Assembly: GCA_023515725.1 (NCBI GenBank)
Contig: JALDTO010000146.1
Location: 310,001-374,000 of the forward strand
DNA: 64,000 nucleotides
Reading direction: 5' to 3'
Source of the DNA: Amoeboaphelidium protococcarum X5
Lineage: Eukaryota; Fungi; Aphelidiomycota
Position numbers and translations under genes: made by a program. Below the pieces are notes generated by a model, which had not been told where the DNA came from, did no database searches, and saw only the letters and a list, made by a program, of their open reading frames with translations. The first letter of the stretch is position 1. The number at the start of each line of letters is the position of its first letter. Of the stretch, positions 1 to 12,786 are shown piece after piece.

Positions 1-2
1 TT

Positions 3-374
3 GCTCATGTTCTTCCGAGCTGGGAGATGTATGATCATGGAAATAGGCATATTGATGCTTTCGCACAGAGTAAGCTTCGAAGCCAGTTTCAGCATATTCC
101 TATTGAGCAGGTGTTGTGGGGTGTCGACAGGATGATTGATTCTCTGCCGGTTGGATTGAAGGTAATTAATAATGATCAGGGGTGGCCTATTGTGCAAAGG
201 CCCAAGTTTGGGGAGAGAATAGTTCAATATAAGGATATGGGTGTTCTTGTGGTAGCAGGGCAGCCGGGAGTAGGGAAGTCATACTTCATGAGGGACATGC
301 TCTTGGACATGAGTTTCTGTAAGAACCAGCCACGCAAATACATCAACTTGATGGTTGAGGATTAATCACTTTGA
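3..374 (+). CDS. Partial P-loop NTPase-like ORF, open from the window edge and apparently truncated
   Basis: Walker A GQPGVGKS after a hydrophobic strand (VLVVAG). TAA at 363-365 and TGA at 372-374, only ~28 aa after the P-loop. Confidence 0.4.
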
Positions 375-2659
375 TAACTTTGACATACTATGTCTAAATA
401 GATTTGCATTTATGTAGCAGCAAAAGGGTGATCAGATGGTGTAGACCGTGGTATGGCAGGCGCGTAGTGTCAAAATGATGTATATGACTTAAGGTATCAA
501 TAGTAAGATAATATTCAACGTCTGTTTCAACAGCCTGCAGTTGTTTATTTATTTTTTACATCTAAACATGAAGCAGGAATGGACCAGACAAATGTGTAAT
601 TCTGATTGCCAAATAATTAAATAAAAACTCTACTTCTATAATAGACGTATAAGTAATCGTTCAGTTTTATATTCTCCCTGGTAATGTCAATAAGGTAAGT
701 TCAAGTTCGTGAAGTGTAAGAACGGTTGGCACTTCATCCGGAACAGTTAATTTTTGAGAACGACTCCGGAAGAGCTGACGTCTTTCAATATAAGCTGGTC
801 TTGTGATTACTGTATATCTGTTATAATCATCATCATATTAATTATACTTACTCTACTACCACCTTCAACAATAATGTCGACTGACTAAAATTAGATCATA
901 ATCCAACCGATTCAGCCAATCTATTTATAAGACACGTCATTACAGTGCATCAAATATAAATTTACTCTTCTCCTTGTTAATAATCTTGTACTTGGCTTAT
1001 TTTTTCACTTTCAACGTCCTGTGATAATTGCGAACCAAGAGGAGTGAGCAACGCGAACGGAACGGAGTTCGCTATTAAGCCAGTCGGTTTCAATGCATTT
1101 CCTCTTTGGGCGATTCGTTTCAAATCCTAGGTTGAGAGTTTCCGGAAATTCTGTTCGTCATCAAAAAAAAATCTTTTTCCTCAGACGTTCATACTATTTG
1201 AAAATGTGCATTCCTGGCTAATTTGACGCGTAGATTACAATTCTGTTTTCAGATTTTAAATAGCTTCATTAGTTTGGCCACAAAGCGGATTCACTTTTCT
1301 CACGAAGTTTCTTACTGTTTCACACTGATTGAGCTCTACGCGTCATTCTCTTTTGCACTCTGAAACAACAAGGAGAATTATGGATGATTAAGGCTTAAAT
1401 ACCATCACACGTCATTATAAGTGAACGAGTAAACTGAATGCTATTTATGGTCCCTCTCCTCAGTCGGCTAGGGAACATCAAGGACGCGTTTTAGTTTAAT
1501 TAATTTAAGAAGAGATAATCGATCAGTAACAAAAACTGTATATGAATATCGTGAATGATTAACAATCAATCCAGAAGAGGAGCTTGATTCTGTTAGGGAG
1601 TTTTGAAAAGCAGGTAGTTTTCAAACTTTGTTGGATAGCTGGTACAGACTTTCTTTGAATATCCTGGTAATAACTTCGCAATTATTAAGTTATGTGATCA
1701 TAAAGTATTTGGAACAGCGCTTTGCAATAGAAAACTGCCTCTAAATACCGTAGGCAAATGGCAAAGTATAATGTAAGCATCAGTAATCTATGTGGCTATG
1801 AATTCAAAAGTTGGTTTGGGTTTAACGGCAGCTTTTAAATGTGTTAGTTGTCATGAGTATGAGAAGTTGAGACGCGTTTATAGATTTTGAGCGGGCAACT
1901 TTATAAGCAATCATATTTTGACTAAAAGCTCCTGTCAATGGTTGTTGATTCAAGACTTCGGTGGATCAACACTATATACAGGTCATCATTTTTTATCGCC
2001 GTTGTCGTCTCAACGCTAACTTAAATCTACGTGTTGGAAACGTTTTATTATCGCACAGCTGAAGAGGCAGGATATAGCTTTGATATTTATATTTATAGTG
2101 TTAACACAGTTTAATAACACGAACATTATCTGATAGACTGAAGACGTCTCTCTTAAAAATTCTTTTTAATTTAGTGCGCAGGCACTGAAGTACTTGTATC
2201 CTTTGGTTCGCATTTAGGCCTGGCCTAAAACTATCTTAATATAAGTAATATATATTACAAGTAAAAAGCACCTAATGAAAACACTATTTGTATCATTTTT
2301 TTACTGCTAATGTTCTATGCGCAATTTTATACTTATCCTCGCGTTTCATCTCAGAAAACGTTATTTTTCCGCCATGTGGTTTAAATATAGGGTTTAGTAT
2401 CACTATACAAGAAGTTGACCCATGAAGCATAAGTATAGCCCTGAATCCGAGTTCAGCGATGTATCATCCACGGTTTCTCCGCACGACAATTGGCATTACA
2501 GCAAGCCGGCAATCATGCAAGCGAAAACTAAAACAACCAACCCCATGAGATGAAAAAGGAACAATAACAGAACAGCAAGCACCAAAATGAGTTAAAGGAA
2601 GATGGGCTTACTCAAAGAGCTCTACGAGAAGCAATGTTGGCAGTCCTTGGCAAACAAAT

Positions 2660-3929
2660 CAATTACTTTCTTAATCTTTTACTGTGTCTGCTATCAGGTT
2701 CAATACCTTCACGCTCACGAATACGCTTATCAGCTCTGTAGATGTCAAGTTGCTTTTGCCTCAATGAATTGTCGATATCTTGACTTAATGGGGGAAACCT
2801 TCAATACTTCAAACAAATTGAACTTTTGATGCTTGCCTTCTACGCAAACACTATTCAACCCCACTTTTTCAACAATAAAAACTTTCAGTGTGAATCGCTG
2901 TCCTTCTTTCTCAAACGCGCCTCGTTTCTTCAATAATCTTACAAAGTCACCACGTTTGATTACAGAATTGGTGACGCGATTGTTGTGATCAATACTCTTC
3001 CTTATCAGTTCCGCTTCATCATACATTTCTAACTGTTCAGGTATCTTTGAGATGCTACTATGAAACGATGAATTGTAGTTTTGAACAAAGTCACCGAGAT
3101 TATCTATCCATCTATTTTGTGTTCTTACTTGTCAGATACTTTTCAATCATAAGTTTTATAGTGCGGTTGAATCTCTCTGCTACTCCTAAACACTTCTTAT
3201 TATCCTTATCACAATATTGTGATGTTATATTATGCTCAATCATCCAATTCGCAATGCGATTGTTTTGAAACTCTTTACCATTATCCATCTGCAGCACTTT
3301 CAATGGCCGCCCATCATTGATTGATTTCTGGCGGATTCTGTCCAATGCATTCAATACTGTTTCCTGAGTCTTATCCTTCAGGGCAGCGACATATGCATAC
3401 TTTGTATTCACGTTAATCACGATTAGTAAGATGTGATGGTTGGAGTTTTGTTGATATTTGGTATTCAAGAAGTCCAAGTCTTGGCTTGTTACATGATGTG
3501 CTGCTGATCAAGAACCAGTGACGCGTATCGACTAATCAGAAGAAGAGCCAAGGTTGCATGTAACTAGAGATCTGGATGACTTCCAACTTTGAACAGTGAA
3601 TTACTTCTTTCTAATTGAGAATAAACTCATAGCTTAACCGCACTCATATTTTACTAAAATCAACAAGTTTTGCCTCTGATATCGCGTGAGAAAGGTTAAA
3701 TCAGCCTGGTAATGACCTGACTTACCATGAATCTTTGGTGCGAGCTTTGAATTCTTTGGCTTCTGAAACACTTGATTTATTGGATTCTGGGCGAGGAATT
3801 CCTTCACCTGTTTCATGGTAATCTTTGAGTTGATGACTTTTGCACGTCTCAATAATTTTTCAGCACCCACAAAGCCAGTCTTGGGATCATTAAAGAGTTG
3901 ATTAGCACTTGATTAACACTTGTCGTCAT
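2660..3929 (-). pseudogene. Polinton/adintovirus-type rve (DDE) integrase, frameshifted and interrupted
   Basis: FNDPKTGFVGAEKL...VKEFL N-terminus, YQADL (D1), LQMDNGKEF (D2), VAERFNRTIK (E), RWIDNL...NYNSSFHS, GDFVRL C-terminal part. Frameshifts near 3900, 3113 and 2790. Left boundary approximate. Confidence 0.9.
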
Positions 3930-3966
3930 GGTATATTTCAAAAAAGATAATCTTTCATGATAATAA

Positions 3967-4484
3967 TTATTTATTCGAAGGAATAGAGGCATGGAAATGT
4001 GGCACTGAATTGTTACCAATGAAGTGTCTTCTCTCCCATTGCACTGTATTGATTTGTTTGGCTAAAGTATCCAGTTTTAAAATACTAAAGTTGTCAATTA
4101 GTTGTTGCTTTGAACTTCGATTTACATCTAACACGTTTGAAATCACGATGCATATCGATGGTAATTGACTTACCCAGCATCATTGATTCAAACATCTCCA
4201 CATTCAATTGACTTTTAGGTATACCTTTGCCACGCAAATGATACTTGATCTCCTCAACATCACCGTGTTTCTCTACGTACTCTAAAAAGTAAAGTTTTGG
4301 GGCAATCCATCCACCATATAGAATTTTACAATTGTCACCAAGATGATCACTGATCCCTCCAATCTCATTATTTAAGACCAGCCCTCTCAAATTCCTCGCA
4401 TGGATTTGAATACTATCAGTATCCGTATAATACGGAGAGTTTGCTACCTGGTTCTTGGTATCATTACTATTAAAGAATGGATTT
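3967..4484 (-). pseudogene. Protein-primed family B DNA polymerase, 3' half
   Basis: NPFFNSND...YYTDTDS catalytic motif, IAPKLY, LRGKGIP, C-terminal RRHFIGNNSVP. One frameshift near 4130. Confidence 0.9.
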
Positions 4485-4639
4485 AATACAAAATAAACAA
4501 ATTAAAGCAGACAACGTTAATAGCTATTAATCGATAGGTAAAAATATATTAAGCAATCCTCCGCAATATTACCTCCTTTAGGGGGTAAATCACTTCATAA
4601 AAAGCGTTGGAACTAAACAAGTCCGACCTCTTGACTGTC

Positions 4640-5884
4640 ATGGAGTTACCAGTAGTACTAACAGAGTAAGCGAGTAGTGACGCTCCCTGTCTGTCCGAAA
4701 GTTAACTTACTCCAAACATGATATCTCAATGTCCACTCAAGTCTAAAAACATAACCCCATAAAACACAGCAATAGCCAAATGTAGAGCTGAAAATATCCT
4801 TGTCCTAAACCTGCTCATCATTCCAACATATAGGCACAACACCCATACACTCTTTAGCGGTCAATGGCCTCAGTCAAAGTCACATAAACGCCTCATTACT
4901 AAATACGCCTCCCACATTTTCTACGACAGGAAGTTCAAGTTGGCTTACTCCCCTCCGATAACTTCAAGCGATCAAACAATCAACAACATGCCAGATCAGA
5001 ACATAATAGATCAAGAAGACGCGATAGCAATGGACCTAGATTTTCCACCTGATGATCCAAAAGAGCTCGAAGAGTTATCCAAAGAACTAGACTCTCAAAG
5101 AGAAACTATGATCTAATAAATGAAGGCTCAAGAATAAGCAGGAGATCCAGCTGGTATGTTTCAACGCGCTGTAGATGAAGATAGAGTGCATGAACTAGAG
5201 TAGTACCAAACTCCTCACCAGCCAAGAACGGCTGTGCCTGCCGATAACTATGAAGATGAGACTGAAATGGCAGTTGACCACCAAAGATCCCAGAGTCGTC
5301 CTTACAATCGCGTACACCTAAACCACCGTTACTGGATCTGGGCCCCCGATGATTTCACCAATGAAGTGGTATAAACTAAAGCCTCATAACTGCATCGGGA
5401 GTTAGCAGCCCGCCATTACGTTTGGAATTTCCGCACTTCGGAAGTCACGCATACTGTAATGGGCGAGTAAAACGACTTCACTGTTAGGCGCATTACAGTG
5501 ATGGTGGCTAAAGAAATCAGAGGACTGAATGGTAAAAGCCTAAACGTCAGAGTTGCAGACTAAAATGGTAAGATATTCATTCATGACGATCACTATCTGC
5601 CTTATAGCTTTCGTCTGGGTGGTTCTATCATTGACAAGGAATCTAGAGTCCTCCACTCTCAGCGCATCGAACACTTTTTTAAAGCTAACTAAGTCAAAAT
5701 CAAGCATTATAAATACTGGCAAATCACTGAAAATGCAATGAAGATAGAACTGTACTTTGACAATGCATAGAACCTGAGAAAGGCGCTGTAGTTCTCCCAG
5801 AACGGTTTCGTCTTCCCTCAAAGTGGATACAGATCTCCAGCCCTATATTGCATCAGGCCAGAGAGTCAAAGAAGAGCAAGTTGA
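4640..5884 (+). CDS. LINE ORF1-like protein, 414 aa with TAR=Gln
   Basis: Uninterrupted ATG-to-TGA frame when TAA/TAG are read as Gln, at the 5' end of the element. No recognisable motif. Confidence 0.65.
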
Positions 5885-6074
5885 GCATATCAGTAGGAAG
5901 GTGTAATGGTGAAAGCATTTACGAAATGAGCAATGAGAATATGAGAGAAAACATCGTAATCAGTAATCGCAACACTTTACCCGACTCTCCTCATTCTCCT
6001 TCTTCTCTCTCAAACAATGAACCCGAAGACCATTTTGATTTACCAAACAATAGCAGACAATCCTAGCGGAATGA

Positions 6075-9000
6075 CATGGACATTAAACTCAGATTACTAT
6101 TGAAGCCCCCAAAAGATAAGTTATAGAATAGAAATTAAATTAAATTCATATCATACATCAAAATGTGTAGAGCCTTTTTGGAAAAGCAGATGGCACGATA
6201 AAGAAGTCAGCCATATTAAACACCATGCTCCAGGAAGCTGCCCTTGGTATCACGTAATAGATTGATTTTCTTATACTGACGGAGACGTGGGCACCTGCTA
6301 GTGATATCACGAAATGGATTAAAAAAGACAGAATTCTTAACCAGTACTATGGCATAGTCACCGATCATAACGAGGACTCTAATCATTACGACAAACATGG
6401 AAAAGGCACTGCCATCGTATACGCCAAATGCTGGTAAGGTTACATTCAAAAAGTGTATAAACTGGAAGGAAGAATAACATGCATGTAGCTTAGATGTAAA
6501 GACAAGGATATACTGATCGGCTGCTTCTACTTACCATCTGCGCCTAATAGGAAGGAGAACTACCCAGAAATGAAGAAATTCTCAGACAAGATGGAAGAAA
6601 TTCTCTCTAAATCTGATAACTCGATACACACTATCTTTGGAGGAGACTGGAATTGCGCTCTCAATCCATCTATAGACAGATCAACACAAGGAGACAGTAA
6701 ACCGCGCCAATGCACCACCAAAGCTGAGGTTAAAATAATGCGTTAAATTATTAGCGACGAACATAAGCATAGGCTGACTGACATTTGGAGACTACTCAAT
6801 CCAAATAAGAGAGAGTATACTCATTCTGTATCATTGGTAAAGGTGTTAAATCGGAATCACGAATAGACTATTTTCTTATGAACGATAAGAGTATATCAAA
6901 AGTCCGAGAATGTAATATCATTACGAACATTAATTTGGGGTCGAATACTCACCATAAAGCTATCACTTTAACTCTGGAGATAGACTTCAATAGAGATATC
7001 ATATACACGCGAAAGCAAAATGCTGAAGCCATAAGAATTAACCTCAGAAAAGTGCAGTAAAAACACATTTAAGCATACAACGAGAAACTCGCTGCGTAAC
7101 TTATAACTGCCCCACCTGTCAAAATGAGCAATTTGGATCAGGTCAGGACCCTCCCTAATTAATCACTTAAGAAAAACATCAGATGCTTGCCTATGCGTAC
7201 TCCTTGTCTCAGCCTCACATCCATCCTAACACGACGTTATGACTACAAGTCTGTTAAATACTATGCTCAACTGAAAGATATATAACGTCGTGCGAAAACT
7301 GAAGCAATATCATAAAACGACATAGAGTTGGTATAATAATATCTGAAATAATTTGACACAGACATTAGCGAATCTCAAGTAACTTGCAGAGATAATCTAA
7401 CAGAAAGAATTAAGGCCTGCCTCAAGTTGATGAACTAATACCTGAACAAGAAAGCTCTAGAACAAAGGTAGAAAGCTCAATAGATGAAGGACTAAGGATT
7501 CATTCTTAACCGAAAAGCCACAATGAAGAACATATTTAACCCGACGGTGTCTAATGAACTGCAATATGTAACTTTAGAAGATGGCACTCTAATAAATGAT
7601 CCTGATGGAATCAAACAAGAACACAAACGCTTTTGGCAAAGTATCATGTCACGCTAGGCTCCAACAAAAGAAGAAGAGATAGAATATTAGGCCGAATGGG
7701 GAAAATACTTTCGTCCTCTCTCAGAAATCAATCCAAATATATATGAGAACATAATGCGCGATGTTAGTATGGACGAACTACAATGCTGTATAAAGATGCT
7801 CCCAAATGGTAAAGCAGCCGGGCCGTCTAAAATCACCAACGAATTTTTCAAACTTCTCACCGAATAGTCTGTACTCCAACTGATCCTGGACATCATAAAC
7901 TGCATCATTGAAAATAAGACCGTCCCGTAAGTAGACAGGCTAGTTGAGATTGTTCTACTGCCTAAGAAAGAGAACCATTAAGGCAAACTGGGTAATTTCA
8001 GACCTATCTCATTGATTGATTCGCTGAAAAAGTTGCTAAGCTCAATCATGACTAAGAGAATAAAATAAACAAGGTGCTGAACTAACACTAAATTCTTAAA
8101 GCTAACAACAATGGATTTAAAAGCAACCGCTCTACTGCAGACTCTCTACTCGACATAAAATTAGCAATGGACTATGCCCACATGAAAAAAAGAAACCTAT
8201 TTATTGCTGGAGCAGATGTATTTAAAGCTTTCGACTCTGTACCAATAGAAGGCAATGTTAACTCTCTGCGAAGAATTAAAACTCCAGAAGATCTAATCTA
8301 ACTAATAGTGGCACTACTGGTTTAAAGAGAAATTACTATTTAAACGGTAGCAGGCCATACTGAACCTTTTAAGCCAGAGAGGGGAGTGGCTTAAGGCGAT
8401 GCACTGTCTCCAATACTATTTATTATATTCTACGACCCATTATAAATCGCAATGGAAGATTAAACAGAAGGACTCTAGTTCAATGAAAATCTTAAAATTA
8501 CCTCTACTGGATTCGCGGACGATTTGGCTCCAATAAGGGAAACTGCAGAGGACTGCTAAAAGCAATTAGATTTGATTGGGTCGTTCCTAAAGTGCCACTA
8601 AATGAATGTGAATGCCAAGAAAAGCTATGTGCAGACAAACATTAGCTTCACCTAACAGAGTAAGCTAATTTTAAAAATTAATGGATAAACTATAGATTAG
8701 ATCATAGGGAAGACCGAAGTGGTCAGATACTTGGGAGCGAAATGGTCATTAGTAAAATCAACTACAAAGGCTACTAAGCTAGCAAATTAAAGTCTCAATT
8801 TCTGCCTCCGTTCAAGGAGAGGATAGTAAACTCGTGGCATTTAAGATGTTTACATCGTCAACCGCAAAATAATCCCGCTCATTGCATACCAACTATAGCT
8901 CTCAAACGTTTCAGACTCCAAGACCGCCTAATGGGACTCCAAAATTAGGAGCCTTATTAAGCAGAAATCAGAACTACCACGTACAGCTGCTACATCCATT

Positions 9001-11075
9001 CTATACTGTAAGTGGTATAACTTTAATCTCTAGAATTTAGGTATGGTCAGGGAAAGAAGGGCTCTAAATGACTTTATTGTATGGATTAATCGAGAAAATA
9101 ACTAATCCCAGATGATTAGAATTATGCTCTCCGCCATTTAATCGAAAATTAAATCGGAGTATTGTATTACTGAAAGATTCCCATCATAGAACTTAAAAGG
9201 GATCACTGGGTACTATCTAGTGGGAATTGCGAAAATTCTGGACAAACATGGCCTATCTGTGAAGGACTACAGTCTAAAACACAACTCCTTCTTCGAACGG
9301 ATTCCTGCTGAAGACTACAACACGCACTGTAAGATCTATGAACAGTTGAAAATAAAAAGTATCAACGATATTAGACTGCCGACAAATCCTAGAACGTCAA
9401 TACCGTTTGCTCAACTGGCTGACAATTGCAAGAATGCTAAGCTTAGAGATAAACTCATTCAAGAATTTTAGACTCCGCTGTGGTACAGAAGTATTCTAAG
9501 CAGTCATTGTTAAGATGTAGACTTAGAACAGCTTGATAACATTAATGCAAGTTTTAATATTAGAGAAATATCTGGTAAAGAAAAGCAAAACGTAATACAA
9601 AAGCAAGCGGTAAGCTCACATGTATCTGTAGTTATTGCAGTCCACTAGATGAAAGACTCTCGCATAGGAATAGCCTGGACTACAGAGGATGTGTTCACGT
9701 GCGAAGAAATTTAATCAGACACGTTACAAGTCAAGACTACATTTGGTACCAAGCAGAGAGCCTAGCTTATGGGTATCTATGTCACTGTGAACTAGCTTAA
9801 GAGAAACCAGATCATCGAAATTATTGGAATCGACTCAACTACGAGTAAACTCATTTGCTCAAACGCTGAAATGAAGACTCCCAACAGATCATTCTTTAAA
9901 TTAGATAATCACGATATCCTACACAGTATTGGCAATCTATTCAAAGAGTTTGAGTTTACTCCTAGCTTCGAAGAAAGTCGCAGTCAATCTTTATACCAGG
10001 ACATGATGGAAAATGCAAAAACTGCAGCTAGTTAAGATCGCACCATGCAATATACTCCTTAAGCTCACCACATAACTATCAAACTGATGCACTGGCAAAA
10101 TAGGCCTATTCAATTCTACCCTGGTCGCCATATCAAAATCATGCACTAAGAGAAAATGAAAAAGCAATGCACCGTCCAGTTAGTTGGTCTCCATCAGAAT
10201 ATAAATGACATCAATGTGTAGAACACCATTACCACTGCAACCCAAGGTCTAGACTCAGAGAACATTCTGGATGCATCTAACACTAAAGAAATAGCATTCA
10301 GAATAAAATTTCTCCACAAGTACTGCCTACACTAGATCGATTAAAAGAATTTAAATTAGAATATGGCTCCACTATATGCCCTAGATGCAACCTTAAGGAA
10401 GAGACACACGAACACATCCTAAACTGTACTCATGCCCATTCAGTGCAAGAAGACATCATTAAGGACTGGACAGCAATACTACAAACCAGAAAGCTGACAA
10501 GTCGACACTGGAGGAAACTTCAAAATATACAAATGCCTCCACCTCAAATGCTCATAAATCTGCTGAAACTCGACACACCCACGTTCGGCTCGCACAACGT
10601 CCACAATATGATCATAACTGACAGTGACATACAACAAGCGATAACTATAATTGACAACTCACACGCAATAACTTGGCTGCGATACGCGTGCGACTGTCTA
10701 TACTCGGCTATATATAAGAACATCTGGTGCCACAGAAACGAGGAACTCTAGACTAGAAACCAAAATATAACCAAAAGCCTGAAAACTATAACCTTTAAAC
10801 ACTCAAGATACAGAGCCAGCCATTCCAATGGCAAAATTCATATATCGAAACAAACTGTCACAAACAAGATTAACATCAAAAGAAAGCGGGTCGAAACACA
10901 CAGTAGCATCAAGAAATTAAGATCACTCCTGTGACTAGACCACCGATATTTATTAGGATAAAGAAAGATGCGAAGGTCTGATATAAACAGCCATGCCTTT
11001 GAAACGCGTAAAGTCGAGGGATGCAAGAAGAGAAAACCACCTGACTAGGAAGACGGATAACAGACTCAGTTATGA
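6075..11075 (+). pseudogene. LINE ORF2: AP endonuclease, reverse transcriptase, RNase H-like domain, zinc finger
   Basis: APE motifs IIHQNVQS, LILTETW, GGDWN, SRIDYF. RT motifs KAAGPS, FRPISL, DVFKAFDSV, GVAQGDALSP (Q=TAA 8392), FADD (8512-8523), YLG. C-terminal CPRC...ETHEHILNC. Frameshifts near 6840, 8062 and 10322, and in-frame TGA at 10932. Confidence 0.93.
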
Positions 11076-11109
11076 GCCGCCCGTCGCGTTGCGTCGCTGA
11101 GCCGCTCTA

Positions 11110-12610
11110 CACCGCCAAGTTGGAATACAGCGGGAATACAGGCGGTTTGTTTCGGGTGAATTACAGGTTAGAATTACAGGTTTTTAGGACATATTCCAAA
11201 GCGATGTATTAGAGTGGATTTCAAGCTGTAATACACGACAATTATAAACCTGTAATCAATAATAATTTCAAAATAAGGTACAGTCATTAAAGCTACTTAG
11301 ATTGTCAAAGGAACTCTATTTTATTCAGATAGTCATTCATACACTAAAAGAGAACCAGTATCACTAACGCTGCACCATAAATACTTGTTAATTCGCCGTA
11401 AGCCATTCATATGAGAATCCAGTTATCACACTGACCAGTCAAGACTCTTATACAGATATTTATTGTGAGGCACGGGAGAAATATAGAGAATCAATCATAA
11501 CACAGATAGTACTAATCAGCCTTTTACAACTTATGACCACCATGCAGCTAAGGATAAACGTTGAATGGTCGATTTTCTAATGGAGGGCTAACAGTTTGAC
11601 TGCTGTAGTTACCTACAAGATGAACCACAATAAGGAGATTAACGACAATTGATGTTGCAATGAACCTTACCTTTTAAGAACTCTTACGATCACTAGACCA
11701 ATAAACTTCAACAACCTACAACCACTAGTTAAATAGGAGAAGACCTGTCTTGAACACAAGCAGATTGCGGCCAGACCATGGATTCAATGCACAGTCTAAA
11801 GCTCATAAAGACTCATCACAAATAGCATCACAGATCAGATAAATAGCTACAATTTGAGTCTTCCGAGAGTAAATCATACCTTGAAAAGTAAAGCATATCC
11901 ACAGCATTCATTCTCTAAGTCATGCCTACAAACTAAAAATGAGAACTACAAACATACCTTTAAACATAATACGATGAACATGGCAGCTCAATGGTACCTA
12001 CGAAGAGTAACCTTTTAACAATGAGTCATTAGATATAAAATTGTCACCACTCAGACTTCAACGGTATCCCAAAGCCTACCTCAGTATATATTGAAGAGTA
12101 CATATTGCCAGCTGAACTATAATTAGAGTGCAGAGTCTTATATAAGGAGTTGTTTTGCAGACCTGAATACCACACGATGCCATCGACAACAGCTAGCAGA
12201 CTTGACCAAGCAGATGAGGTAGTTTTACCATACAAGGATACTGCTCATATCTAAAAAACATGCAGCATGTACTCGTTAAGCTTTACCATAGAATGAGTTT
12301 GAGTAATTATAGGATTTAACACTAACTGGATGGTGACCAGGTCCTTTATTGAACAATGGATTGCTGTTGCAGAGAATGAAGAGAGAGAGTGTGTGTGACA
12401 ACAAGAGATAGCACCATCGATGACTCATTCTATATAATATCCTCTAAATACAGTTATCATTACATGAGAATACAGAATCAGCAATTTTCACTGTAATTGC
12501 TGCTGTAATTGGGGGCGAATCTGGAAAACACGGAATAAAGTGGAATACAAGCGTAATCAAGTCTAATTTCACTTTAGATCTGTATTCCGCTGCATTCCAA
12601 CTTGGCGGTG
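11110..12610. mobile_element. Non-autonomous TIR DNA transposon (1501 bp) inserted in the LINE 3' UTR
   Basis: Near-perfect ~31-bp TIRs CACCGCCAAGTTGGAATRCAGCGG(G)AATACAG at 11110-11141 and 12580-12610, TA on both sides (11108-9, 12611-2), subterminal AAT(T)ACAG repeats in both orientations. Confidence 0.9.
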
Positions 12611-12786
12611 TACGTCGTGGGTTGACAGGAAATGAATTTTTTGGTCGGCATGTCCGGGACGTTGCTGGATATTCCTTTTGGCTATAGCCTAATGACAGTG
12701 ATATCAAGGCTCCTCTCGAGGAAGCAAATACTGCTGTGTTCCCGGATAAAAGTGAATTGAGTGTGTTATATAGATTACATTATTAT

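Larger units (their letters stand above)
4485..12786 (+). mobile_element. Apparently full-length non-LTR retrotransposon (LINE), mildly decayed
   Basis: Direct repeat TATTAAAGAATGGATTT at 4468-4484 and 12787-12803, short (ATT)n tail at the 3' end, ORF1 followed by an APE/RT ORF. Confidence 0.93.

Noticed and set aside
400-2600. Further Polinton genes or a terminal inverted repeat
   Set aside because: No long frame under either code and no repeat matching the other end were seen.
11110-11260. Short GAATACAG repeats as a CRISPR-like array
   Set aside because: Too short, irregularly spaced and in both orientations. Explained as transposon subterminal repeats.
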